A stretch of 20,067 nucleotides of DNA. Source: Candidatus Bathyarchaeia archaeon. Its GTDB lineage: Archaea > Thermoproteota > Bathyarchaeia > Bathyarchaeales > Bathycorpusculaceae. The notes below the pieces were generated by a model. That model was not told the DNA's origin and did not search any database. It was given only the letters and a program-made list of their open reading frames with translations. The DNA is taken from positions 1 through 20,067 of the forward strand of contig JAVZLS010000017.1 of NCBI GenBank assembly GCA_038883715.1, given 5' to 3'. A program made the translations under genes and the position numbers. Positions 1 through 8,151 of the stretch are shown here, in pieces; positions within the stretch are counted from its first letter, which is position 1, and each line of letters begins with the position of its first letter.

Positions 1-166
1 GATTGTTTATCCCCTTCCCATCAAACGGTGCCTTGTTAGTGAAAACATCAACTTTTCTTGGATTGCTTGAGCAGAGGCCCGCCTTCATAACCGCTTGTGC
101 AAATGTTGTTAAAAGTATTATTGCCACTATAGTTATCGTTAGCCTTCTCCATTTTATCATCGTCAT
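1..166 (-). CDS. 5' part of a secreted/surface protein with an N-terminal signal peptide (runs off the window start; not in the supplied ORF track)
   Basis: Manual translation from ATG at 166 is open to base 1: MTMIKWRRLTITIVAIILLTTFAQAVMKAGLCSSNPRKVDVFTNKAPFDGKGINN. Basic n-region (KWRR), hydrophobic h-region and A-Q-A cleavage-like site. The DVFTxKxPFxGKGxN segment resembles, from memory, N-termini of Bathyarchaeia surface proteins. Confidence 0.75.
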   Translation of the reverse strand, partial: MTMIKWRRLTITIVAIILLTTFAQAVMKAGLCSSNPRKVDVFTNKAPFDGKGINN

Positions 167-374
167 CAAGCCATTATTAGATGATATGTTCTTTAACAAA
201 TATTCCGTAATCACGAATATTGCTACAGAAGATGTGTTTTTAAAAGTGCATAACTGCGATTTTTCTTTGAAAATGTTAAAATTTGGATTCTGAATCCTAA
301 CTAATTATACATCGGAAGGGGAAACATCCCTTAAAAACATGTAGTTGCATGGCTATTGTAAAAAGGGTGCTGGG

Positions 375-539
375 ATGAAGCGTAAATTAGTTGTTATAGT
401 TGCGGAATTGGTGGATGAGGCGGCTGAGGAAAGGGATAACGTTATCAAACAAGAGCTTGCTGAGTGGTTTCGAGAAGACGCTGTTTCAATTCCATGGATA
501 AAGGAACTTAAAAGCATAGCCATCCAAGAAGAACGATAA
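375..539 (+). CDS. small hypothetical protein (54 aa)
   Basis: ATG at 375 preceded by GGGTG (SD-like). The protein MKRKLVVIVAELVDE...IPWIKELKSIAIQEER has a plausible beta-alpha-beta pattern and is followed by a pyrimidine-rich tract. The ORF-track start at 345 is probably too early. Confidence 0.65.
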   Translation: MKRKLVVIVAELVDEAAEERDNVIKQELAEWFREDAVSIPWIKELKSIAIQEER

Positions 540-617
540 AAGCGAGAATAACTATTTACTCCCTTCTTTTAAAATTCTGGGAAAGATTTATGGATTAGAT
601 GCTTACATTTTGAATGT

Positions 618-722
618 GGGCCGGTAGTCTAGCTGGCTAACAATGAAAAGAACAGCATGTTGAGGCCTACGGACGTCGCCCTCACGCGGCGAAGGTCACC
701 GGTTCAAATCCGGTCCGGCCCA
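618..722 (+). tRNA. tRNA-Val(CAC) with a ~31-nt non-canonical intron in the D-loop (about 640-670)
   Basis: Acceptor GGGCCGG(618-624)/CCGGCCC(715-721), discriminator A722; D-stem GTCT(627-630)/GGAC(671-674); anticodon arm TCGCC-CTCACGC-GGCGA with CAC at 683-685; T-arm ACCGG-TTCAAAT-CCGGT. Removing 640-670 gives a normal D-loop AGCTGGCTA. CCA is not fully encoded (CCT). Confidence 0.93.
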
Positions 723-810
723 CCTTTTATAGAAGCTTTGTTTAAACTTTTATAGCTGATGTTGGCCAATTAACGGTTGAAAAGCAAAGTTATGTTGGAG
801 AGCGGTTTTA

Positions 811-2172
811 TTGAGGTTATTTGGCACTTCGGGCCTAAGAGGTTTAGTTAATGCTGACTTGACTCCATTTTTGGCTGTTAGGGTCGGGATGGCGTTAGGA
901 AAATTCCTTGGGACTGGTAGGGTTTTTGTGGCGAGGGATACGAGAACTTCCGGCTTGATAATTGAGAATGCTTTGGTTTCGGGTTTGCTGGCCTGTGGAA
1001 TAGAAGTTTATGGTTTAGGTGTTTTGCCAACACCTGTTTTAGCTTATTTAACCATGAGGCTTGAATCTGATGCTGGGTTGATGGTTACAGCTTCTCATAA
1101 TCCACCTCAATACAACGGGATAAAAATTTTCGATGAAAAAGGCACGGCGTATGATGAAAAGCATCAAGAGATGCTTGAGAAAATTATTGAGAGCGGAGAT
1201 TTTAGACTGGCTGAGTGGCGGAATCTCGGCAGAGTCGAGTATTGCGATGAAAGCCGATTATATGTGGATATGATTTTGAAAAGCTTGAGGCTAGGCAAGA
1301 GGTGGCGGGTTGTGATAGATCTTGGTTGTGGAGCCACAAGCTATATTGCACCAGAAATTTTTAAGGGGTTGGGATGCAAGGTTAAGGCTGTAAATGCTCA
1401 GCCTGATGGTTTCTTTCCATGTAGGAGCCCTGAGCCGAACGCTGAATCTCTAAAGCCTTTGTCAAAAATTGTTAGAGAACTTAAAGCCGATGTTGGAATA
1501 GCATATGATGGTGACGGAGACAGGGTCGCCTTCATAGACGAGAAGGGCAACTTTGTGGATTTTGATAGGGCTTTGGCGGCGTATGCAGCTTATATCTTAA
1601 AAAAGTGTGGTGGCGGAACGGTTGTCACGAATGTTGAAGCTTCCATGTGTTTTGAAAAGATGGTTGAGCCTATGGGCGGGAAAGTTATCAGAACGAGAGT
1701 TGGGGATGTTTATGTTGCAGAAACCGTGAAGAGGTTTGGGGCGGTCTTTGGTGGTGAACCGTGCGGGGCTTGGATACATCCAAAACACCATTATTGTCCA
1801 GACGGAATTCTTTCATCAGTGCTTCTTTTGAAGGCTCTTGAAGATGAGGGAAAAAGCCTTTCAGAATTTATTGCCGATGTTCCAACATACCCTATCATTA
1901 GAAAGAACATTAAGTGTAGAAACGAGACGAAGCATAAAGTTGTCGAGAGGGCTGAGGAGCTTCTGAAAAAGGCTTTTCCGAGTTATAGGCAAATTTCAAC
2001 GGTTGATGGTGTTCGCTTGTCCCTTGAGGATGGTTGGGTTTTGGTTAGGGCTTCTGGCACAGAGCCCCTTATACGGCTGACGGTGGAGGGTGAATCTTTA
2101 AAGACTGCTGAGGCAATAATGGATAGGGCTTTGGCCGCTGTTGAAAGGGCTTTGGAGGATTTGGAAAAATGA
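811..2172 (+). CDS. glmM: phosphoglucosamine mutase (alpha-D-phosphohexomutase family)
   Basis: LFGTSGLRG start, TASHNP phosphoserine loop, DGDGDR metal loop, GGE sugar-binding loop, VRASGTEP C-terminal motif. Coupled to the glmU-like gene by an ATGA overlap. PMM/PGM specificity is not excluded. Confidence 0.88.
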   Translation: MRLFGTSGLRGLVNADLTPFLAVRVGMALGKFLGTGRVFVARDTRTSGLIIENALVSGLLACGIEVYGLGVLPTPVLAYLTMRLESDAGLMVTASHNPPQYNGIKIFDEKGTAYDEKHQEMLEKIIESGDFRLAEWRNLGRVEYCDESRLYVDMILKSLRLGKRWRVVIDLGCGATSYIAPEIFKGLGCKVKAVNAQPDGFFPCRSPEPNAESLKPLSKIVRELKADVGIAYDGDGDRVAFIDEKGNFVDFDRALAAYAAYILKKCGGGTVVTNVEASMCFEKMVEPMGGKVIRTRVGDVYVAETVKRFGAVFGGEPCGAWIHPKHHYCPDGILSSVLLLKALEDEGKSLSEFIADVPTYPIIRKNIKCRNETKHKVVERAEELLKKAFPSYRQISTVDGVRLSLEDGWVLVRASGTEPLIRLTVEGESLKTAEAIMDRALAAVERALEDLEK

Positions 2173-3446
2173 AGGCTGTTGTTCTTGCGGCAGGCGAGGG
2201 CACGAGGCTTCAGCCTATCACTCTAACCCGTCCAAAACATCTAATCAGCGTGGGAGGAAAGCCTGCTCTTGAGCATTGTTTAAATGCTGTTAGGGCTTGT
2301 GGAATAAGCGAGATAGTAGTAGTTGTGCATTATATGGCTGAAGCTATCCGCAGATATTTTGGCTCTGGAGAAAAATTTGGGCTAAAAATTGAGTATGCCC
2401 ATCAAAAAGTTGTTCTTGGGACTGGAAATGCTGCAAGCGTTGCCGAACCATTTGTTGATGGAGACTTTGTATTAATCTATGGTGATTTGCTTTTCACTCC
2501 AGAGGCTCTCAAAAAAGTTCTGGAAATGCACAACCGAAAGAGGCCTTCAGCAACGCTTTCTGTTGTGCCTGTTGAGCGCCCAGAGGATTATGGCATAATC
2601 GAGCTTAAAGACGATGGAGCTGTAAAGCGTATAATCGAAAAGCCCCGCCGAGAAGAGGCGCCTACAAACTTGGCTAATGCCGGGCTATACGTTTTCACTT
2701 CTGAAATTTTTGAGAAATTGAGGGGGGTTTCGGCTTCTTCGAGGGGCGAATTGGAAATAACAGACGCCATTGAGTTTCTCATAAAAGAGGGGAAGCCTGT
2801 TTTCGCCGTTGAAATTCCGAGGAATGAGTGGGTTGATATAGGTAGACCTTGGGATTTGTTGGAGGCTAACCGCTGGGTGCTTACTCGTATGGAACACGGC
2901 GTATTTGGAAATGTTGAGGAGGGCGCTCACATAATTGGACCAGTAAGGGTTGCCGAAACCGCCCATATACGCTCCGGAGCCTACATTGAAGGACCAGCCT
3001 ACATAGGCGAATACAGCGATGTTGGACCCAACTGTTACATACGCCCATGCACAAGCATAGGCAAAAACGTGCGGATAGGAAATGCTTGCGAAATAAAGAA
3101 CAGCATAATCATGGATGGAGTGCATATTGGGCATTTGTCCTATGTTGGCGACAGCATAATTGGCGAAAACTGCAACTTGGGGGCTGGAACAATAACTGCT
3201 AATTATCGCCTTGACGCTGGAACAATAAAAATGATGGTTAAGGACAAGCTTGTGGACTCTGGAAGAACAAAGTTGGGCGCAGTTTTGGGAGACAACGTTA
3301 AAACAGGCATAAATGCGCTCCTAATGCCCGGCGTAAAGGTTGGAAACAACTGTTGGATCGGACCAAACGTCATAGTTTACCGTGACTTGCCGCCGAACAC
3401 CGCTATATTTCTGAAGCAGAGCCTAGAAGAGAGGAAGATGGGCTGA
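2169..3446 (+). CDS. glmU: archaeal bifunctional sugar-1-phosphate nucleotidyltransferase/acetyltransferase (GlmU-like)
   Basis: LAAGEGTRL..T..PK nucleotidyltransferase signature, EKP motif, C-terminal hexapeptide left-handed beta-helix including HLSYVGDS and NLGAGTITAN. Confidence 0.9.
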   Translation: MKAVVLAAGEGTRLQPITLTRPKHLISVGGKPALEHCLNAVRACGISEIVVVVHYMAEAIRRYFGSGEKFGLKIEYAHQKVVLGTGNAASVAEPFVDGDFVLIYGDLLFTPEALKKVLEMHNRKRPSATLSVVPVERPEDYGIIELKDDGAVKRIIEKPRREEAPTNLANAGLYVFTSEIFEKLRGVSASSRGELEITDAIEFLIKEGKPVFAVEIPRNEWVDIGRPWDLLEANRWVLTRMEHGVFGNVEEGAHIIGPVRVAETAHIRSGAYIEGPAYIGEYSDVGPNCYIRPCTSIGKNVRIGNACEIKNSIIMDGVHIGHLSYVGDSIIGENCNLGAGTITANYRLDAGTIKMMVKDKLVDSGRTKLGAVLGDNVKTGINALLMPGVKVGNNCWIGPNVIVYRDLPPNTAIFLKQSLEERKMG

Positions 3447-3457
3447 TTTGAAAAGCT

Positions 3458-4513
3458 TTAGCTGACCATTATTGCGGTTCCACAGTATTCGCACTGCACA
3501 GATGTTTGTCCCTTGTAAATTTCCTTTGTGTAAGGTGCCCCACAGTGGGGACATCTGATAATCCTTATTGTTGGTGCTTCTTTTGGAGTTATGCCTTTTA
3601 TTGCCGCTATGTCTCTGTCTGCCTCACCGCCTATAATGTATTGGAAGAACCTTGTTATTACGTCTGCCTCCCAACCCTTAACGTCAAAAGGCGTCTCCTC
3701 TAATCCACGTTCTGGTTTAAAGCGAATATAAACGCCCGTCCAAGCAATAAGCCCCACCCTTCCCTTTGAAATTTCTTGAAGAGCTCCTATAGGCTGTTCT
3801 ATGAGGACCATGCGTTCCGTCTTCTTTTTTGTCGCTATGAATAGTTTCTTTTCAAGGACGACCTCTTTCTTCCCTTCGAAGATGAACCTTTGGTTTGTGA
3901 AGTAAAGGGTTCCTTCGCATTTATCTTTCGTCATAATTTTTCCTTCAACGGCTAGGACTGGGCTTTCCTCTGGTTTCAATGGGAAAGACGCGTATGAGAA
4001 AAGCTCCATGGTTTTTTCTGCTACTTTTAGGTCTCTGTCTATGGCGTTTATGCTTCCCAAAAACTCGCCGAGTGAGGCGCTGATTTTCGCTGTCTCCATA
4101 GATATCCTAGCTCTTAACATGGAGGCTTCTGTTGAGAGGCGCCCAGCCAAAGACCAACAATAGCCTATGTTTCCACGGTCTATCTCGGCTCTAAGCCTAT
4201 GCGCATCAGATTGAAGTGTTCGAATTTGGGCTGTTAGTGGCTGGACATTGCTGTAGAAGCTTTGCTTAATAGTTGGCGAGGCTTCCATCCACTTCTTGGT
4301 TAAGATTTCAATGCTTTTCTCTAAATGTCCCATTGCTGCATAACCCCGCCCCCGAACCGTCACGAGTCTGCTTGGCAATGAAGCCATTGAGCTGTCAATC
4401 TGGGATAGTTTGCTTTCAACGTCGCTTATTGCCGCAGAAGCCACTGAAAGGTCGGACTCTATCGAGCTAAGCCTCGAGTACAAGGCTTCCCTTTCTCTAT
4501 CAACTTGAGCCAT
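3458..4513 (-). CDS. hypothetical protein: N-terminal helical/coiled-coil region + PH/GRAM-like domain + C-terminal Zn ribbon
   Basis: Heptad-rich first ~170 aa; EGTLYFTNQRFIFEG is typical of GRAM/bacterial-PH strands; C-terminal CPHCG-x15-CEYCG. The 351-aa ORF fills the gap between glmU and Lsm. Confidence 0.8.
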   Translation of the reverse strand: MAQVDREREALYSRLSSIESDLSVASAAISDVESKLSQIDSSMASLPSRLVTVRGRGYAAMGHLEKSIEILTKKWMEASPTIKQSFYSNVQPLTAQIRTLQSDAHRLRAEIDRGNIGYCWSLAGRLSTEASMLRARISMETAKISASLGEFLGSINAIDRDLKVAEKTMELFSYASFPLKPEESPVLAVEGKIMTKDKCEGTLYFTNQRFIFEGKKEVVLEKKLFIATKKKTERMVLIEQPIGALQEISKGRVGLIAWTGVYIRFKPERGLEETPFDVKGWEADVITRFFQYIIGGEADRDIAAIKGITPKEAPTIRIIRCPHCGAPYTKEIYKGQTSVQCEYCGTAIMVS

Positions 4514-4617
4514 TACATCCCGCCAAAAATATTTTGGTTTGATAATCCTAATAATGCTTGTGCAGTTAAACCCTAAAATATGTGTTCTAATAACGTGTAC
4601 GTAGAGGAGGATAAGCG

Positions 4618-5040
4618 TTGTCAGTGGCTCAAAGAAGATTCTTCACGGAAGTCTCAGCCCTCATAGATAAAACAGTGATTGTCACAACTACAGCTGGCAA
4701 AACATATAATGGAACACTGATAGGAATTAACCCTGACAATTTAAGCCTATGCTTGGCAGATGCAAAAGACGAGGAAGGCAAAAAGCTCCATAGGGTTTTT
4801 TTGAACGGTAATGTTGTCGCCCAAATTTTGAGTGTTGAAAAGCCCTTCGACTTGAAGGCTTTGGCTGAACGTCTTGAAAGGGTTTTCCCAACAATGGTTA
4901 AGCTTTATGAAGATAAGGGTTTCATCTGGGTTATGGACAAGGTTAAAGTGACGGAAAAAGGCGTTGTTGAGGGTTCAGGTCCGGCTGCTGAAAGGGTTCA
5001 AAAGGTTTACGAACAGTTTATTAGTGAAACTAGGGGCTAG
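4618..5040 (+). CDS. Sm-like archaeal protein with C-terminal extension (SmAP3/Lsm family RNA-binding protein)
   Basis: Sm1 (IDKTVIVTTTAGKTYNGTLIGINPDNLSLCLADA) and Sm2 (RVFLNGNVVAQI) motifs plus a ~65-aa C-terminal domain; strong SD GAGGAGG at 4604-4610 before the TTG. Confidence 0.88.
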   Translation: MSVAQRRFFTEVSALIDKTVIVTTTAGKTYNGTLIGINPDNLSLCLADAKDEEGKKLHRVFLNGNVVAQILSVEKPFDLKALAERLERVFPTMVKLYEDKGFIWVMDKVKVTEKGVVEGSGPAAERVQKVYEQFISETRG

Positions 5041-5786
5041 ACAAACCAGCGGAATTGCTCTTCCCTTTTCTTTTCCTCTTTAACAGTTCTAACCCAGCCG
5101 AAAGACTCCAAAATCTTCGTTGTCTTCTCAGCGGCAGCATCAAGCCTTGACAAGTCAACTTTAAGGTTCAAATACTTGTTTAGGGCGGAAAGCGCATATC
5201 GAGCTGCATTAGCGTCCGGATAAGTACCTAGAGTCTCTACTAGGAGCGAAAAGCCTCTAAAGCCTCTGAGGCTTCCAAGCCCTATTAGTATGCCAGCCAC
5301 TCCGAAAATGTTTCCAACCATTATTTTTGCGCCCAAGTTTAAGGCTTCTTTTAGGGTTTCTGGGTCGGAAGCTGCGCAGTAAATTTCTGGTGTTTCCTTA
5401 ACCTCTTCTTGTTTGAATCCTCCGATGGTTATGAGGAAGCGGCATTCCAGCTCCTCGGCAATGTCAAGAACTTTTCCACAAAGCTCGTACTGTCCAAAAG
5501 TTGTTAGGGCTTGGGTGTTGCCATACCAAATAATAAGGTCTCGCCCTTCTCCCTTGCTCTTGTAGTAGTATAGCTCGTTTATTGGGGAGCGGGTGCCACC
5601 ATTTTCTGTTGTTACAGCCAAGTCTTGGAACGATGCAGAAAAGATTCTTGCAAAGCGTTTTGCTTCGAGCTCATGGATTAAGTGTAATGCCACTATGTTG
5701 GCTACAAAGCCTATGCCCGGCAACCCCTCGATTAGAACGGGGTTTTCAAGTTTTGGCTTCTCTTCAATTTGGACAGTTAAAGCCAT
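5037..5786 (-). CDS. PAC2-family proteasome assembly chaperone homologue (PbaA/PbaB-like)
   Basis: LIEGLPGIGFVA, ITIGG, G.IFGVAG.L.G and LLVET.G..PD..AA motifs. Start placed at ATG 5786 because AGGAG lies 7 nt upstream (ORF track gives 5828). Confidence 0.88.
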   Translation of the reverse strand: MALTVQIEEKPKLENPVLIEGLPGIGFVANIVALHLIHELEAKRFARIFSASFQDLAVTTENGGTRSPINELYYYKSKGEGRDLIIWYGNTQALTTFGQYELCGKVLDIAEELECRFLITIGGFKQEEVKETPEIYCAASDPETLKEALNLGAKIMVGNIFGVAGILIGLGSLRGFRGFSLLVETLGTYPDANAARYALSALNKYLNLKVDLSRLDAAAEKTTKILESFGWVRTVKEEKKREEQFRWFV

Positions 5787-5826
5787 TGGATGACTCCTCT
5801 TCGCTGGTATTAGAAATGGACCTTGC

Positions 5827-5856
5827 AATATAAGTTTGCGGCTCTACATTTTATAA
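5827..5856. promoter_or_regulatory. divergent TATA boxes for PAC2 (minus, CTTATATT at 5827-5834) and tgtA (plus, TTTTATAA at 5849-5856)
   Basis: Archaeal TATA-like octamers roughly 30-45 nt upstream of each start codon in a short divergent spacer. Confidence 0.55.
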
Positions 5857-5888
5857 GTATGTTCAACTGATTTTGTTTAGATTTCATA

Positions 5889-7502
5889 ATGAGCTTCGAA
5901 GTAAAAGAAAGAGACTTGCTTGCCAGAATTGGGAAACTGCGAACAAAAAGCGGCACTATAGAGACTCCACTCCTTTTCCCCGTTGTAAACCCGGCTATAC
6001 AACCAATACCGCCTAAAAGAATTCGCGAGGATTTTGGCTTCGAAGCTCTAATAACTAACGCCTATATCCTAAAAAGGCGATTCCAAAACCAGCCAGCCGA
6101 AAAGGGCTTGCACAGTTTTCTAGATTTTAAGGGCGTAATAATGACGGATTCCGGCGCCTACCAAATTTTGGTCTATGGAGATGTGAAAATCACCCCAGAA
6201 GAAATTGTGGATTACCAAGAGCGGATAAACACAGACATAGCCACAATACTTGATTGGCCGACTGGTTGGAGGGTTTCAAGGAAGCATGCGGAGCAAACAG
6301 TGAATGAAACGCTGAAAAGGGCAGCTGAACTTTTCAAGGTTAAAAAGAGGGAAGATATTCTCTGGGTTGGGCCTATTCAAGGCGGACGTTATCTGGATTT
6401 GGTAGCGATGTCAGCTTCGGAGATGGCTAAGCTTCCATTCGACATTCACGCTTTAGGAAGCCCAACAGAGGTTATGGAAAACTACCGCTTCGACGTTTTA
6501 GTAGACATGATTTTAACAGCTAAAATGAATTTGCCCATTGAACGCCCCTTCCACCTTTTTGGCGCTGGACACCCCTTCATGTTTTCGTTGGCTGTTGCCC
6601 TAGGATGCGACTTTTTTGACTCCGCAGCCTATGCCATTTACGCCAGAGAAAACCGTTACATGACGGAAACAGGAACTGTGAGACTTGAAGAGCTTGAGTT
6701 TTTCCCATGCGCATGCCCAAAATGCTCAAGTAAAAGCCCAAAGGATGTGGCTGAACTCCCAAGCAAAGAGAGGCAAGCCTTTATCGCGGAACACAACCTT
6801 CACATTTGCTCTGCTGAAATTAAGCGGATAAAACAGGCGATAAAAGAAGGTAGACTTTGGGAGCATTTAGAGTTTAGGGTTCATGGGCACCCCGCACTTT
6901 TGCAGGCACTAAAAAAATTGAGAAAATACGAAAAGTTCATCGAAAGGCATAGCCCAACAGTAAAGCGTAGCGGACTTTTCTACTTCGATTCTGCCGGTTT
7001 AGTCCGCCCGGAGGTTGTACGCCACAGAATAAGGCTGTCTGAGAGATATACTCCTCCAAGAGAAGCTGAAATTCTTATACTGATGCCCCAGACCAGAGCC
7101 AAGCCCTACCACAAATCTGAGGAATACAAAAGGCTGGTGAAAGCTCTTCAAGATTTTCCAAAAGAACGTATACATAAACTCCACATCTGTTTTTATGAAG
7201 CACCTTTCGGGGTAATCCCACTGGAACTTGATGAGATTTATCCACTTTCTCAGCATGAAACAGCTATGCCGCCGGACAAAGAGACTGTAGGATATGTGGC
7301 TTCGCAAGTGGCAGATTATATAAGCAGAAACAATTACAAGGTGGCACTGTTACTTCACAATGTTGAAGATTGGGGCGAAACTGTTCTGAAGGCATGCAAA
7401 AAGGCGTGTGTAGCCAAAGGCGTCACTTTTAAATCTTTTAATATGGATAAGAGATGGGTTAAATCATTGTTAAACTTTTTAAAGAGAATGCAGACAGACT
7501 AG
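5889..7502 (+). CDS. tgtA: archaeosine tRNA-guanine(15) transglycosylase (arcTGT), without a recognisable C-terminal PUA domain
   Basis: ARIGKL....G.IETP, MTDSGAYQ, GPIQGG, HLFGAGHP, GCDFFDSAAY, Zn site CACPKC...HNL, and PFGVIPLELDEIYPLSQHE in the C-terminal part. Confidence 0.93.
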   Translation: MSFEVKERDLLARIGKLRTKSGTIETPLLFPVVNPAIQPIPPKRIREDFGFEALITNAYILKRRFQNQPAEKGLHSFLDFKGVIMTDSGAYQILVYGDVKITPEEIVDYQERINTDIATILDWPTGWRVSRKHAEQTVNETLKRAAELFKVKKREDILWVGPIQGGRYLDLVAMSASEMAKLPFDIHALGSPTEVMENYRFDVLVDMILTAKMNLPIERPFHLFGAGHPFMFSLAVALGCDFFDSAAYAIYARENRYMTETGTVRLEELEFFPCACPKCSSKSPKDVAELPSKERQAFIAEHNLHICSAEIKRIKQAIKEGRLWEHLEFRVHGHPALLQALKKLRKYEKFIERHSPTVKRSGLFYFDSAGLVRPEVVRHRIRLSERYTPPREAEILILMPQTRAKPYHKSEEYKRLVKALQDFPKERIHKLHICFYEAPFGVIPLELDEIYPLSQHETAMPPDKETVGYVASQVADYISRNNYKVALLLHNVEDWGETVLKACKKACVAKGVTFKSFNMDKRWVKSLLNFLKRMQTD

Positions 7503-7513
7503 GGCGAATAACC

Positions 7514-8119
7514 TTGATTCATGTAGACTTACACATTCACACGATATTTTCGCCGGACGCTTCAATACACCCAAAAACTATAGTGGAGCAGCTTTTCGCC
7601 CACCCCCACATAAAAGCGGCAGCAATAACAGACCACAACACTGTTAGAGGATACCACAAAGTGTTGGAGCTGGCTAAAGCTTACCCAGACATCCTCATCA
7701 TTCCGGGCGTAGAAGTCAGCACCGTTGGCGGTGACCTTATCCTTTTAGGAGTCGCTGAAGTTCCACCCCAACCATGGACTGTTGAAAATGTCATAGATTT
7801 TGCCCATGAAAGAGGCGGCTTAGTGGTTGCAGCACATCCATATAGAGCCTTTGGTTTGGGCGATTCAGCCAAAAACTACGCGATTGATGCCGTTGAGGTT
7901 TTGAATGGTGGTTGCTCCCGACAACTAAACATGTTAGCCGAAGAATTAGCCAAGGCGATGGCTTTGCCCAGCGTGGCTGGAAGCGACGCCCATAGAGTAG
8001 ACGAGCTTTGGACAGTTTACAACGAAATTCAAGCTTCAACAGATTTGGATGAAATTTTAAGGGCTATTAAACGTGGACTTGTTAGAGTAGCCTATGCCGA
8101 AAAGTCAATACATTTTTAA
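7514..8119 (+). CDS. PHP-domain metal-dependent phosphoesterase
   Basis: DLHIHT, AITDHN, PGVEVS, AAHP and GSDAH motifs. Confidence 0.9.
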   Translation: MIHVDLHIHTIFSPDASIHPKTIVEQLFAHPHIKAAAITDHNTVRGYHKVLELAKAYPDILIIPGVEVSTVGGDLILLGVAEVPPQPWTVENVIDFAHERGGLVVAAHPYRAFGLGDSAKNYAIDAVEVLNGGCSRQLNMLAEELAKAMALPSVAGSDAHRVDELWTVYNEIQASTDLDEILRAIKRGLVRVAYAEKSIHF

Positions 8120-8151
8120 AACAGCTGCGCCAATGTTAAGTGCGTTAATGG

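Noticed and set aside
3-293. 96-aa plus-strand ORF
   Set aside because: Shadow of the minus-strand signal-peptide gene (1-166) plus its AT-rich promoter region; no recognisable motif.
317-332. AAGGG-N6-CCCTT hairpin upstream of the small ORF
   Set aside because: A 5-bp stem is expected by chance; no supporting context.
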